Positions 17,220 through 26,917 of a DNA stretch of 64,000 nt are shown here, in pieces. The position numbers and the translations under genes were made by a program. The DNA comes from Candidatus Saccharimonadia bacterium (GTDB lineage: Bacteria; Patescibacteriota; SICC01). The first letter of the stretch is position 1, and every line of letters begins with the position of its first letter. Where the stretch lies: contig JANWJF010000001.1 of the NCBI GenBank assembly GCA_025449535.1, positions 219,406 to 283,405 of the forward strand, given 5' to 3'. Under the pieces are notes generated by a model. It saw only the letters and a list, made by a program, of their open reading frames with translations. It was not told where the DNA came from and made no database searches.

Positions 17220-19090
17220 GCCGGCACTTTCGCCGGCTTCCTGGTCCGGCTGACGCTCCGGGCGAACCGCAGCCGGACGGTCGTGCCGGCGTCCGGACGT
17301 GAGTCTATCTCGAGCTTCCCGCCTTGCCGCTCCACCAGGTCCTTGGCGATCGGCAGGCCCAGCCCGGCGCCGCCGGCCGCGATGGAAAGCTTGTTCTCTT
17401 CGCGATAGAACTTGTCGAAGACCTTGTGCAGGTTCCGCTGCCTGATGCCGACGCCGGTATCGCTCACCATGGTGACGACGTCCCGGCCGGCCGTCTCGAC
17501 GGATACGGTCACGTACCCGCCGGATGGCGTGTACTTGAGCGCGTTATCGAGCAGGTTGACGACCACTTGGACGTATTTGTCCTTGTCCGCCCGGATACGG
17601 TCCTCGGGATCGAGCCGGTCCTCAAACGCCAATGTGATCTCCTTGCGGTCGAACATGGTCTGCAATGTCTCGACCTCGCCCCAGAGCGCCGCGCTCGGGT
17701 TGAACCGGGTCAACGTGACCGGCAGCTTGTCATGGTCGATTTTGGTCGCGTACAGGAGATCTTCCACCAACCGACCCAACCGCTGTGCCGCTTTGAACGC
17801 CCGCTCCGTGAACCGCGGTGCGGACTCGGGTTGCTGCTCGGCCATCGAGAGGTATCCCATCAAGGCGGTCAGCGGCGTGCGCAGTTCGTGCGAAGCCATC
17901 GATATGAACTGCTGCTGGCGACGCTGGAGCGCCCGCCGGTCATCGATATTCCGGAAGATCGCCACCGCGCCGGCGGGCTTTCCCTGCCAGACGATCGGCG
18001 CGGCGCTGGTCTCATAGCAGAACCGGGTACCGTCACGTCGGCGAAGGAAGTACCGGCCGGACTGGACAGCCCGTCGGCCGCTAAGCGCCCGGATCACCGG
18101 CCGCTGCGAACGGGGCAGCCTGCGGCCCTGCTCGTTCTCGGTATGACATACCTCGGTCAGCTGTTTACCTATCGCTTCCTCGCGACTCCAGCCGAGCAGC
18201 TGCTCGAACTTCCGGTTGACCATGACTATCTTGCCCTCGGTGTCGACGACCAGCAGCGCATCGCCGACCGCCTGCAGGAACGCCTCGGCCCGGGCCTTGG
18301 CCCGCTCCGCGCGCCGTTTCTGTTTCCGGAGCTCCTCCACGTTCCGCGAAAGCAGCCTGGTCTGCGCCTTCACTTTCTGGCTGAGGTCGCGGTCGGACCG
18401 CTCCAGGCGTCCGGCCATCTGGTTGAACGCTTCCGCCAACTCGCCGACCTCGTCCCGCGAGCGGACCTCGGCGCGCCGTCGTAGCTTTCCCTGCCGGAAC
18501 GACCGGGCGATCGCCGTGAGCTCCCGGATCGGGCGGGTCATCCAACGGCCCAGCGCCGCGGAGAGGGCGGCCACCAGCAGCGTAATCACGGCTCCCAGGA
18601 TCAGGAAGGTATTCCGGATCACCCGGACCGGCGTCAGGGCCTCCGCCCGGTCGATCTTCACGACCAGCGCCCAGCCCGGCGCGAACTGTCGCGTCACCGC
18701 GAGGACTTCCCTACCCCGATAGTCGGTCGCGTTGCCGTCGGTCGACTCCGGCTGCGCCAACGCCCGTATCCCGATCGGACTCGTGTCGCCGTCGACCGCG
18801 AAGCGGCGTGGGGTCACCAACGTCGCTACGCCGTCCTGCTCCCTGATCACGTAGGCCTCGCCGGTGGCGCCGAACTCCGGAAGCGGCACGTCCTTGAGCG
18901 CTCCCGGTCCGCTGGTCCGCAGTTCCGCGGCGTACCGGTTGGCCTCGACGTCGGCGATGGTATAGAGGTTCTCCAGCGTCTGGGTCTGCAGGGAGTGCCG
19001 GGTCACGGCATACAACAGCGCGCCCGCGATCGCCAGCGGCACCAACGCCACCAACAGGGAGAGACCGATAGTTTTCTGAGTTATGCCCAA
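17216..19090 (-). CDS. Sensor histidine kinase (2 TM, HAMP, PAS, HisKA, HATPase)
   Basis: RDEVGELAEAFNQM, SHELRTPL, NLLDNALKYT, DTGVGI, GLGL; start placed at TTG 19090 (ATG 19126 alternative). Confidence 0.95.
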   Translation of the reverse strand: MGITQKTIGLSLLVALVPLAIAGALLYAVTRHSLQTQTLENLYTIADVEANRYAAELRTSGPGALKDVPLPEFGATGEAYVIREQDGVATLVTPRRFAVDGDTSPIGIRALAQPESTDGNATDYRGREVLAVTRQFAPGWALVVKIDRAEALTPVRVIRNTFLILGAVITLLVAALSAALGRWMTRPIRELTAIARSFRQGKLRRRAEVRSRDEVGELAEAFNQMAGRLERSDRDLSQKVKAQTRLLSRNVEELRKQKRRAERAKARAEAFLQAVGDALLVVDTEGKIVMVNRKFEQLLGWSREEAIGKQLTEVCHTENEQGRRLPRSQRPVIRALSGRRAVQSGRYFLRRRDGTRFCYETSAAPIVWQGKPAGAVAIFRNIDDRRALQRRQQQFISMASHELRTPLTALMGYLSMAEQQPESAPRFTERAFKAAQRLGRLVEDLLYATKIDHDKLPVTLTRFNPSAALWGEVETLQTMFDRKEITLAFEDRLDPEDRIRADKDKYVQVVVNLLDNALKYTPSGGYVTVSVETAGRDVVTMVSDTGVGIRQRNLHKVFDKFYREENKLSIAAGGAGLGLPIAKDLVERQGGKLEIDSRPDAGTTVRLRFARSVSRTRKPAKVPA

Positions 19091-19167
19091 GGGACTTCGG
19101 GATTCGAAGCCAGCATTGTACCGCATCACCGGGAAAATGCAGTAGCGGAATTCACTAGCCAGGAAGC

Positions 19168-20667
19168 TCAGGCCCTGGCGGCGATACTCGCCTCGATCTT
19201 CTCGCCCTTGCGATGCTTCACGAAGACCAGCGCGAACAGCGCGCCCAGCACCGCCAGCGCGGCCCCGACGTAGAACGCGGCGTGGAATCCGTCGACCAGC
19301 GCGGCGGTCTGGAGATCCGGCGCCGCGGCCGGGTTCGGGAAGCCCGCGTGGGTCGCGCCGGCGCCGGACGCAGGCAGGGCCGCCAGCTTCTCGCTCAGGT
19401 AGTCCTTGGCCGCGGAGGCCGAGACCGCGGAGAGGATCGCCAGTCCGAGCGCGCCGCCGACCTGCTGGGTCGTGTTGAGCAGACCCGAGGCCAACCCGGA
19501 ATCCTTGGCCGGCACGCCGTTGGTAGCTCCGATGGTCACGCTCACGAACGAGAGGCCCATGCCGGCAGCCACCAGCACCAGCGGCGGCAGCACGTCGGTC
19601 AGGTACTCGCCCTGCACCGGCAGGTGCCCGAGCCAGAAGAGTCCGCCGGCGATGAACAAGGGTCCGGCGACCATCGGCCACTTGAACCCGATCTTGCTGA
19701 TCAAACCCGAGGCGATGCCGGCGACGATGCCGATCGTGATCGCCACGGGGAAGAAGGCGAGGCCAGTCTTCACCGGACTGTACCCGAGGACGTTCTGGAT
19801 ATAGAGCGTCAGGAAGAAGAACATCGCGAACATCGAGGCCACCACCGGGAACATCACCAGGTTGGACTTACCGACGTTCTTGGTAGTGAAGATCGACAGC
19901 GGCATTAGCGGGTGCTTGCTGCGACGTTCGTTCAGCAGGAACACGGCCAGGGTCGCCAACGCCCCGCCGAGCATCGCCAGGGTGCGCTCGTCTCCCCAGC
20001 CGTATTCCGGCGCCTTGGTCAGGCCGTATACCAGCAGCATCAGCCCGCCGGTCACGGTGGCCGCGCCGAAGAGGTCGAACTGCTTATGACCGAGGTCCGC
20101 CCGGCTTTCCGGCACGATCCGCCAGGCCGCCAGCGCCACCAGTAGGCCGATCGGCACGTTCACGAAGAAGTTATACCGCCAGCTGAAATACTCAGTCAAG
20201 ACGCCGCCAAGCAACAATCCTACCGCGGCACCGCTCGAGGTTATAGCCCCCCAGACGCTGAGCGCCCGGTTGCGATCCTTCCCCTCATTGAACGTGTTCA
20301 GGATGATCGACAACGCCGCCGGCGACATGAACGCCGCGGCCAACCCCTGGACGCCGCGTGCCAGGATCACTAGTGATTCGTTCTCCGCGATACCGACCAG
20401 CAGTGAGGCGATCGAGAACGCGGCAACGCCCGCCATGAACGTCCGCTTGCGGCCGAGGATGTCCGCCGCCCGGCCGCCGAGCAGCAGGAAGCCGCCGAAC
20501 GCCAGGGTGTACGCGGTGATAATCCATTGTAGGTTGATGGCGGAGATACCGAGGTCCCGTTGCATCGACGGTAGCGCGACGTTCACGATCGTCACGTCCA
20601 GCACTACGATGAACTGCGCCATCCCGACCAGCGCCATCACCCACCAGCGGTTCACCGCCTTGGCCAC
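19168..20667 (-). CDS. MFS transporter, DHA2 (EmrB/QacA) family
   Basis: LDVTIVNVALP, GGRAADILGRKR, FFVNVPIG, QQVGGALG. Confidence 0.95.
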   Translation of the reverse strand: MAKAVNRWWVMALVGMAQFIVVLDVTIVNVALPSMQRDLGISAINLQWIITAYTLAFGGFLLLGGRAADILGRKRTFMAGVAAFSIASLLVGIAENESLVILARGVQGLAAAFMSPAALSIILNTFNEGKDRNRALSVWGAITSSGAAVGLLLGGVLTEYFSWRYNFFVNVPIGLLVALAAWRIVPESRADLGHKQFDLFGAATVTGGLMLLVYGLTKAPEYGWGDERTLAMLGGALATLAVFLLNERRSKHPLMPLSIFTTKNVGKSNLVMFPVVASMFAMFFFLTLYIQNVLGYSPVKTGLAFFPVAITIGIVAGIASGLISKIGFKWPMVAGPLFIAGGLFWLGHLPVQGEYLTDVLPPLVLVAAGMGLSFVSVTIGATNGVPAKDSGLASGLLNTTQQVGGALGLAILSAVSASAAKDYLSEKLAALPASGAGATHAGFPNPAAAPDLQTAALVDGFHAAFYVGAALAVLGALFALVFVKHRKGEKIEASIAARA

Positions 20668-20670
20668 CGG

Positions 20671-21324
20671 TCAGAATTCCCCGGAAAGGATCGTCTTCTC
20701 CGGCGTGCCGTCGTCCTTGCTCTCCTGGGTCACTGCGACCTTGCTGTACGCCGACGCGTCACGGGCCTGGTCGAGCGTCATCACCCACCGGTCGTCGATC
20801 TTCAGCAGCCGGCCGGCCGAGAACTCGGACCGGGTATCGGGATTGATCAGGAAGGCCTCGTAGAAGGTGCCGGCCGGGGGATCCGGCAGCTCCGCGGATA
20901 CCGCCAGGACAAACCGTCCGGCGGCGGTGGACCGGGCGGCCTCGCCGCTGGCATCAGGGTCGACGTCGCCGTCAGGCTTGAGCGTCGCTACCTGCTGACC
21001 GGGGTCGAGTCCGACGGAGGCGGACGGCGACGGGGTCGCTTCCGCCGGCGGCGTGAACTCAGGAGCTTCCGGCGTGGTGTTGCCGCCGAGACCGACCAGG
21101 GCGTATGCCGCCACCGCGGCCGCGGCCAGGAGTACCAGCCCGACGACCGACATCACGATCAGCTTGAGGTTCCTGCCGCCGCCGGCCGGTTCGGGGTCGA
21201 TCGGATGGGGAGGAGGCGGAGGCGGGGTGGACGCTCCGGAGGCGCCGGAAGGGTCCGGGCCCTGGTCGGGTCCGGGCATGTCCGGTCGCTGGCTTGGCTG
21301 TTGGTTTGGAACCCCTTCCTGCAT
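20671..21324 (-). CDS. Membrane protein with RskA-like (anti-sigma) C-terminal domain
   Basis: Pro-rich N-terminus, one TM, LPDPPAGTFYEAFL...SAGRL...VAVTQE...P..ILSG. Confidence 0.75.
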   Translation of the reverse strand: MQEGVPNQQPSQRPDMPGPDQGPDPSGASGASTPPPPPPHPIDPEPAGGGRNLKLIVMSVVGLVLLAAAAVAAYALVGLGGNTTPEAPEFTPPAEATPSPSASVGLDPGQQVATLKPDGDVDPDASGEAARSTAAGRFVLAVSAELPDPPAGTFYEAFLINPDTRSEFSAGRLLKIDDRWVMTLDQARDASAYSKVAVTQESKDDGTPEKTILSGEF

Positions 21325-21408
21325 GGCCCCAATGTACTACACGCCTGGTTGGAAGACTACGGGTTTCGCTGAGCAGCCAGCCGGGGCAATCTGCACTACC
21401 ATGAGGCC

Positions 21409-22605
21409 ATGCGCGGCTTGATCGCATTCCGGCGCCAGTGGCTGGCCCTCAGCACGGCGGTCCTCGGACTCACCGCCTCGGTGACGGTACTCGCCTTCTA
21501 CCTGCCGTTGATCCTCTCTGACCTGACCGATTCCCAGGCCGCGATCGGCTTCGGGGTCGGTGTGGAGGGATTGGTCGCCCTGACCGTGCCGCTGTTCGTG
21601 GGCCGGGCCTCGGACCAACGCGGCCGGCGCATCCCCTACATGCTGGCCGCCACGCCGCTGGTCGTCGGCGGGCTGCTTGGCGTCACGTTGTTCGACTCGT
21701 ACTGGGCCCTGGTCGGGGCGGTCGTGGCCTACTTCATCGGCTATTATGCCTACTACACCGCGTACCAGTCGCTCTACCCGGACCTGGTCAGCCAGGACGA
21801 GTACGGTCGGGCCTGGTCGCTGCTCAACATCTTCCAAGGCGTCGGGGTCGGACTGGCCTTGCTCGGCGGTGGCGTGTTGATCGGCATAAACCTCTCCGCG
21901 CCGTTCCTGGCCGCCGCCGGGCTGTTCCTGCTCACCACATTGGTAACGACGTTGCTGATCCGCGAGACCGGTGGCCGCGGCAAGCGCCCGGAGTTCGGCC
22001 GGATCGGCCTGTTGGTCCGCCGGCTCCGCAGCGACCGTAACCTCCGGCTCTTCCTGCCGGCGCACTTCGGCTGGGAGTTCGCGCTGGCGGCGATCCGGGC
22101 GTTCGTGCTGCTCTACCTGGTCGACGGCCTGGGTCTGGACGGGGCAGCGGTGGCCGGCATCCTGATGGTCGTGATCGCAGCCTACATGGTGGCGGCCATC
22201 GTCTCGGGCAACATCGTCGACCGGTTCGATCCCCGCGATTACACCGCAGGAGCAATCGTGATCTTCGCGGCGTCGATGCTGGCCCTCGGCCTGACCGTCA
22301 ATGACATCACGCTCCTGCTTGTCCTGCCGTTCGGGGTGTTCGCGGCGGCGGCCGTCCTAATGCTGGCCTACCCGATTCTGCTGCGGATCACCCCGGATGA
22401 CCGGCATGGCGAGTACACCGGCTACTACCAGGCCAACCGCGGACTGGCCTTGATCCTCGGCACCGTCGGGACCGGCTGGCTGATCGACCGGTTCGGCCAG
22501 TACTTCCCGACCGCCGACGGCTACCAGACGTTCTGGCTGACCGGCGGCGTCATGGTGGCGCTGACCTTGCCGTTCTTCCTGCGGCTTACTCGAAAGCAGG
22601 CCTGA
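21409..22605 (+). CDS. MFS transporter (12 TM)
   Basis: GRASDQRGRRIPY motif A; hydrophobic throughout. Confidence 0.9.
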   Translation: MRGLIAFRRQWLALSTAVLGLTASVTVLAFYLPLILSDLTDSQAAIGFGVGVEGLVALTVPLFVGRASDQRGRRIPYMLAATPLVVGGLLGVTLFDSYWALVGAVVAYFIGYYAYYTAYQSLYPDLVSQDEYGRAWSLLNIFQGVGVGLALLGGGVLIGINLSAPFLAAAGLFLLTTLVTTLLIRETGGRGKRPEFGRIGLLVRRLRSDRNLRLFLPAHFGWEFALAAIRAFVLLYLVDGLGLDGAAVAGILMVVIAAYMVAAIVSGNIVDRFDPRDYTAGAIVIFAASMLALGLTVNDITLLLVLPFGVFAAAAVLMLAYPILLRITPDDRHGEYTGYYQANRGLALILGTVGTGWLIDRFGQYFPTADGYQTFWLTGGVMVALTLPFFLRLTRKQA

Positions 22606-23372
22606 TGGCAGCCGCGGTCTCGCTCGGCCCGCTGGCCGTCCACTGGTACTCCGTCTTCATCCTGGCCGGCGCGATCGCCGGCTACTTCCTGGCCAAGCCG
22701 GAGGCGCGGCGCTTCCGGATCGAACCGCGTGCCCTCCAGGAGTCGATCTTCTTCGGGGTGATCCCCGGCATTATCGGGGCCCGGCTCTATCACGTACTCG
22801 ACGAGTTCGGATACTATGCCGCGGATCCGGGACGGGTCCTCGCGATCTGGAACGGCGGGCTCGGGATCCTCGGCGGCTTGGCCGGCGGACTCCTCGGGCT
22901 CTGGTACTTCGCGCGGCGATGCCGGATCTCCCTGCTCCGGCTGCTGGACGTCTGGGCCCCTTCGGTGCTGTTGGCGCAAGGCATCGGCCGGTTCGGTAAC
23001 TGGACCAACCAGGAGGCGTTCGGGCCGCCGACCGACCTGCCCTGGGGCGTACCGATCGACCCCCCGCACCGTCCGGCGGAACATGCGACGAGCACCCACT
23101 TCCACCCCACGTTCTTCTACGAGGCCGCCTGGGACTTCCTCGGTCTGGTGGCCCTGCTGCTGCTCCGCCCCAAGCTGCGCGCCACGCCCGGCCGGGTCCT
23201 CGGGGCGTACTTGGTCGTCTACGCTACGGGCCGGTTCGTCGTCGAGTTCTGGCGGTTCGACACGGCGCACGTGGCGGGCCTGCCGCTGGCCCAACTAGTG
23301 GCGGTCGCGATCGCCGGCACCGGCATCTGGCTGCTGGCCCGGGGGCGCGGACGGACGGTTACGGCCTCGTGA
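22605..23372 (+). CDS. lgt: Prolipoprotein diacylglyceryl transferase
   Basis: HWY, GARLYHV, IWNGGL, QGIGRFGNWTNQEAFG, HPTFFYE, RFVVEFWR. Confidence 0.96.
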   Translation: MAAAVSLGPLAVHWYSVFILAGAIAGYFLAKPEARRFRIEPRALQESIFFGVIPGIIGARLYHVLDEFGYYAADPGRVLAIWNGGLGILGGLAGGLLGLWYFARRCRISLLRLLDVWAPSVLLAQGIGRFGNWTNQEAFGPPTDLPWGVPIDPPHRPAEHATSTHFHPTFFYEAAWDFLGLVALLLLRPKLRATPGRVLGAYLVVYATGRFVVEFWRFDTAHVAGLPLAQLVAVAIAGTGIWLLARGRGRTVTAS

Positions 23373-24192
23373 CTCCGTAACCGCCGTAGCCCGGTTCCTC
23401 GAGCTCGACTTCGACTGTATCGGATCCATGCTCCGCTTCCTCGGCATGGCCATGCGGCAGATAGACCGTCAGAAGGACGATCGCGACGACCCCAGCCAGG
23501 AACGGCAGGCCGTAGATGAAGCGTCCCTTCACCCGCTGGTGATGGAGTTCCGGGATCAGGTTGGCGGCGGCGATGTAGATGAACATCCCGGCCACCGCCG
23601 CGATGAACCAGGCCAGATGCACCTCCACGAAGTCCCCGGCCGCGAAGACCGCGACCGCGCCAAGTACCGCCGTCAGTCCAGACAGAAAGTTATACATGAG
23701 CGCCCGGGTCCGGCTATACCCGGAGCGCACCAGGATCGCGTAATCGCCGACCTCGTGCGGCAGTTCGTGGGCGGCGACCGCCAAGGTGGTCAGGATGCCC
23801 AGGTCCGGCGAGATGAGGAACGCCGCCGCGATCGCCACGCCGTCGACGAAGTTGTGGATACCGTCGCCGACCAGGATGAAGTAGCGTGAGGCGACATGGT
23901 GTCCCGTATGCGATTCCTCGCCATGATGCTTATGGGACCCGTGGATCACCCGTTCCAGGTAGTAGAACGCGACCATCGCCGCCAGCGTCGCGCCGAGAAC
24001 GGAGGAATCACCGTGCTCCAACGCTTCCGGCAGCAGGTCGAGGAACGTCGTCGCCAGGAGCACCCCCGCCGCGAAGGCGATCGCCCGCAGCTCCGCACGT
24101 TCCTTCCAGTTCCGGACGACGAACAGGAGTCCAACGAAGGATAGTAGACTGACGCCGAAGGTCGCGAGAAGTGAGCTGGCCAATGCGGACAT
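23359..24192 (-). CDS. ZIP family metal transporter
   Basis: DLLPEA, His-rich loop, DGIHNFVDG, HELPHEVGDY, LIPEL. Confidence 0.95.
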   Translation of the reverse strand: MSALASSLLATFGVSLLSFVGLLFVVRNWKERAELRAIAFAAGVLLATTFLDLLPEALEHGDSSVLGATLAAMVAFYYLERVIHGSHKHHGEESHTGHHVASRYFILVGDGIHNFVDGVAIAAAFLISPDLGILTTLAVAAHELPHEVGDYAILVRSGYSRTRALMYNFLSGLTAVLGAVAVFAAGDFVEVHLAWFIAAVAGMFIYIAAANLIPELHHQRVKGRFIYGLPFLAGVVAIVLLTVYLPHGHAEEAEHGSDTVEVELEEPGYGGYGVTRP

Positions 24193-24201
24193 GACCTGAG
24201 C

Positions 24202-24867
24202 CTAGCTTGCTTTGAGCGGTTTGAGCAATGCGCGGACCGGCGCGCCGTCGCCGTCCGCGATCCGGAGCGGCAAGCAGGTCAGATCGTACTCCCCCGCCGG
24301 GACGTCGGTCAGCACCAGACCCTCGACGATGGCGATGCCCGCCCCGAGAAGCGCCGTGTGCGGGGTCGAGTCCGGGCCGCGACGCTGGATCGAGAGGTAG
24401 TCGATGCCGACAAGCTTGAGAACGCCACGCGCGGCTAACGATTCGGCAGCGTCCGCCGACAAGCCGACGTAGTCCTCGGTGAACGGTTTCTCCAGCAGCC
24501 GCTGCGTGGAGTTGCGTGTCTTGAGCAGCAGCCGTTCGGTCCCCTCCGGGAGCGCGGCCAGCTGCGCGGGACTGATTTCGTTCGCGGCGTCTTCCGAATC
24601 TCCCACGCCGCCGGCTTCCGTCAGGTCGAGCACGAACGCCCGCCCGATGAACTGCGCCGGGTCATACGAGTCGATGCCGCCGCCATCGGCCAGGTTATGC
24701 TTCGGCGCGTCCACGTGAGTACCGAAGTGCGTCCCGGTGCGGAGCTCGGTCACGTTAGAGCCTTTTTCCTCAAGCGTCTTGAACGGCTTGAGTGAGACGT
24801 CCGGGTCCGACGGCCAGGAGAGCATCCCGTCCCGGATCGGCATGGAGATGTCGATGTAATCGCTCAC
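24202..24867 (-). CDS. Cyclase family (KynB-like) metal hydrolase
   Basis: THFGTHVDAPKH, VGIDYLS, IVEGL, LPL....DGAPVRA. Confidence 0.93.
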   Translation of the reverse strand: MSDYIDISMPIRDGMLSWPSDPDVSLKPFKTLEEKGSNVTELRTGTHFGTHVDAPKHNLADGGGIDSYDPAQFIGRAFVLDLTEAGGVGDSEDAANEISPAQLAALPEGTERLLLKTRNSTQRLLEKPFTEDYVGLSADAAESLAARGVLKLVGIDYLSIQRRGPDSTPHTALLGAGIAIVEGLVLTDVPAGEYDLTCLPLRIADGDGAPVRALLKPLKAS

Positions 24868-25790
24868 TTCTTTTCTTCGATGGCGTGGCCGCCGAACTTG
24901 TTCCGGAGGATCGCCAGGACCTTGTTGGAGAACTCGTCGCGCTGCTTGGTGTTCCAGCGCTGGAAGACGGCGTGCGCGTTGACCGTGTACGGCAGCTGCT
25001 TGTCCAGCGCCGCCTCGGCCGACCAGCGACCCTCGCCGTTCTCGTCCACCTCGCCGCCGATCTTCTTCAGCTGCGGGTCCTCGTCCAGCGCCTCGGCCAG
25101 CAGCTCGGAAAGGAGCGAGCGCACGATCGAGCCGGCGTCCCAGACGTGCGCCACCTTGGCCAAGTCCACGTCCGGATAGTGCCCGTTGGCAAGCAGGTTC
25201 ATCCCCTCGCCGAAGGCCTGCATCATCCCGTACTCGATCGAGTTGTGGACCATCTTCACGTAATGTCCCGCCCCGGCCGGCCCGAAGTACCCGCCGCCTC
25301 CCTCGGGCGTCATCGAGTCCACCAGCGGGCCGATGTGCTTCCAGGCAGATTCGTCGCCGCCGGCCATCATCGCGTAACCGATCCGCGGGCCGAGCACGCC
25401 GCCGGAGGTACCGATGTCGAGGAAGCGGACGCCCTGCTCCTGGCAGAGCCGGTCGTGTTCCTGCGACTTGGTCCAGCGCGAGTTGCCGCCGTCGATCAGG
25501 ATGTCATCCTTGTCCAGCAGTCCGACGAGCTTCCCGACCATCTCGTCGGTGACGGTCGGCGCGTCCGGGTCCTCCTTGTTCACGGACGGCAGCATCACCC
25601 AGACGACCCGGGGCTTCGCCAGCTTCTCCGCGACTTCCTCGACCGTCTCGGCCGGGATGGCGCCGTCCTTGGCCACCTCCGTGACGGCATCCGGGGTCCG
25701 GTTCCAGGCGACCACCTCGTGACCGTCCTTGAGGAGTCGGGCCGCCAGGCCCTTCCCCATCCGTCCCATGCCGAGGATGCCGATTTGCAT
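24864..25790 (-). CDS. gnd: 6-phosphogluconate dehydrogenase (decarboxylating, short form)
   Basis: GMGRMG, IDGGNS, DIGTSGG, GAGHYVKMVHNSIEYG, GEGRW, LRNKFGGH. Confidence 0.96.
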   Translation of the reverse strand: MQIGILGMGRMGKGLAARLLKDGHEVVAWNRTPDAVTEVAKDGAIPAETVEEVAEKLAKPRVVWVMLPSVNKEDPDAPTVTDEMVGKLVGLLDKDDILIDGGNSRWTKSQEHDRLCQEQGVRFLDIGTSGGVLGPRIGYAMMAGGDESAWKHIGPLVDSMTPEGGGGYFGPAGAGHYVKMVHNSIEYGMMQAFGEGMNLLANGHYPDVDLAKVAHVWDAGSIVRSLLSELLAEALDEDPQLKKIGGEVDENGEGRWSAEAALDKQLPYTVNAHAVFQRWNTKQRDEFSNKVLAILRNKFGGHAIEEKK

Positions 25791-25822
25791 GCTCATAGTG
25801 TATCGCACGTATGATGAAGCGG

Positions 25823-26917
25823 ATGAAACCGACCGTATACCTCGGAGCTGACCACGGCGGATACCGTCTCAAGGAGCGGCTCCGCGAGAAACTCGCAGAC
25901 TGGGGCTACGAGACGGCGGACCTCGGGGACGTCCGGCTGGATTCGCACGACGACTACCCGCTGTACGCGCTGATGGTCGCCTCCCGGGTGGCCGCGGAAC
26001 GCGCCCGGGCCAAGGCGGCCGTGGGGATCCTGGCCTGCCGCTCCGCCGGCGGAATGGCGATCGCCGCCAACAAGGTGCCGGGCATCCGGGCCGTAGCCGC
26101 CCCGGACCGCCGGTCGGCGATCCACGCCCGGACCGACAACGACGCCAACGTCCTGGCGTTGGCCGGGGATTACCTCAACCACCGGCAGGTGGCCGCGGTC
26201 GCCAAGGCCTGGCTGGACGCCAAGCCGCCGAAGGCTGGCAAGCACCTGCGCCGGATCGGCCAGGTGGAACGGTTCGAGACGGACGGGATCGACGTGGTAC
26301 CCGGCGTGCTGGAACGGGACACCCGCGCCGCGAACGCGGCGGCGAAGCCGCTGGCCGCGGTCTCCGATTGGGTGCACGTGGACGTCGCGGACGGGGCGTT
26401 GGTGCCGGAGTCGGCGCTGGCGGAACCCTCGGACGCCACCGGTATCCGGATCAACGTGAAGCTCGAGGTCCACCTGATGGTCGAGGAGCCGGCGCGGTTC
26501 GTCACGCCGTGGGTCCGGACCGGCGCCAAGCGGCTGATCGCCCACGTGGAGGCCGACGGCATCCGGGAGTTCCTGCGGTCCGTGAACAAGCGGGTCGGCG
26601 TCGAAGCCTGGGTCGCCGTCGACGCGGCGACGCCGGTCGCGAGGCTCAAGCCGTTGCTCGGCCGCATCGACGGCGTGACCGTCATGGCAGTGACGGCCGG
26701 ACGCTCCGGGCAGGAATTTCAGACCGCCACCCTGACCAAGGTCGCCAAGCTGAAGGAACTGAAACCGAACCTGCCGGTCGAGGTCGACGGCGGGATAAAT
26801 CAATGGACGGCCCCTGCCGTCCGGGCCGCCGGCGCCGACCGGGTGGTGGCGACCTCCTTCCTGAAGCGCCGCAAGGACGTGGCCGGCGGCATCGGCATCC
26901 TGAAGGGGGCCGGATGA
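25823..26917 (+). CDS. Fused ribose-5-phosphate isomerase B / ribulose-phosphate 3-epimerase
   Basis: RpiB: GADHGG, DDYP, CRSAGG, ANKVPGIRA, NDANVL; Rpe: HVDVADG, EVHLMV, VMAV..G.SGQ, EVDGGI. Confidence 0.93.
   Translation: MKPTVYLGADHGGYRLKERLREKLADWGYETADLGDVRLDSHDDYPLYALMVASRVAAERARAKAAVGILACRSAGGMAIAANKVPGIRAVAAPDRRSAIHARTDNDANVLALAGDYLNHRQVAAVAKAWLDAKPPKAGKHLRRIGQVERFETDGIDVVPGVLERDTRAANAAAKPLAAVSDWVHVDVADGALVPESALAEPSDATGIRINVKLEVHLMVEEPARFVTPWVRTGAKRLIAHVEADGIREFLRSVNKRVGVEAWVAVDAATPVARLKPLLGRIDGVTVMAVTAGRSGQEFQTATLTKVAKLKELKPNLPVEVDGGINQWTAPAVRAAGADRVVATSFLKRRKDVAGGIGILKGAG

Noticed and set aside
19127-19681. 821-aa histidine kinase with long N-terminal extension
   Set aside because: Extension overlaps the MFS gene in another frame; GC-rich open-frame artefact
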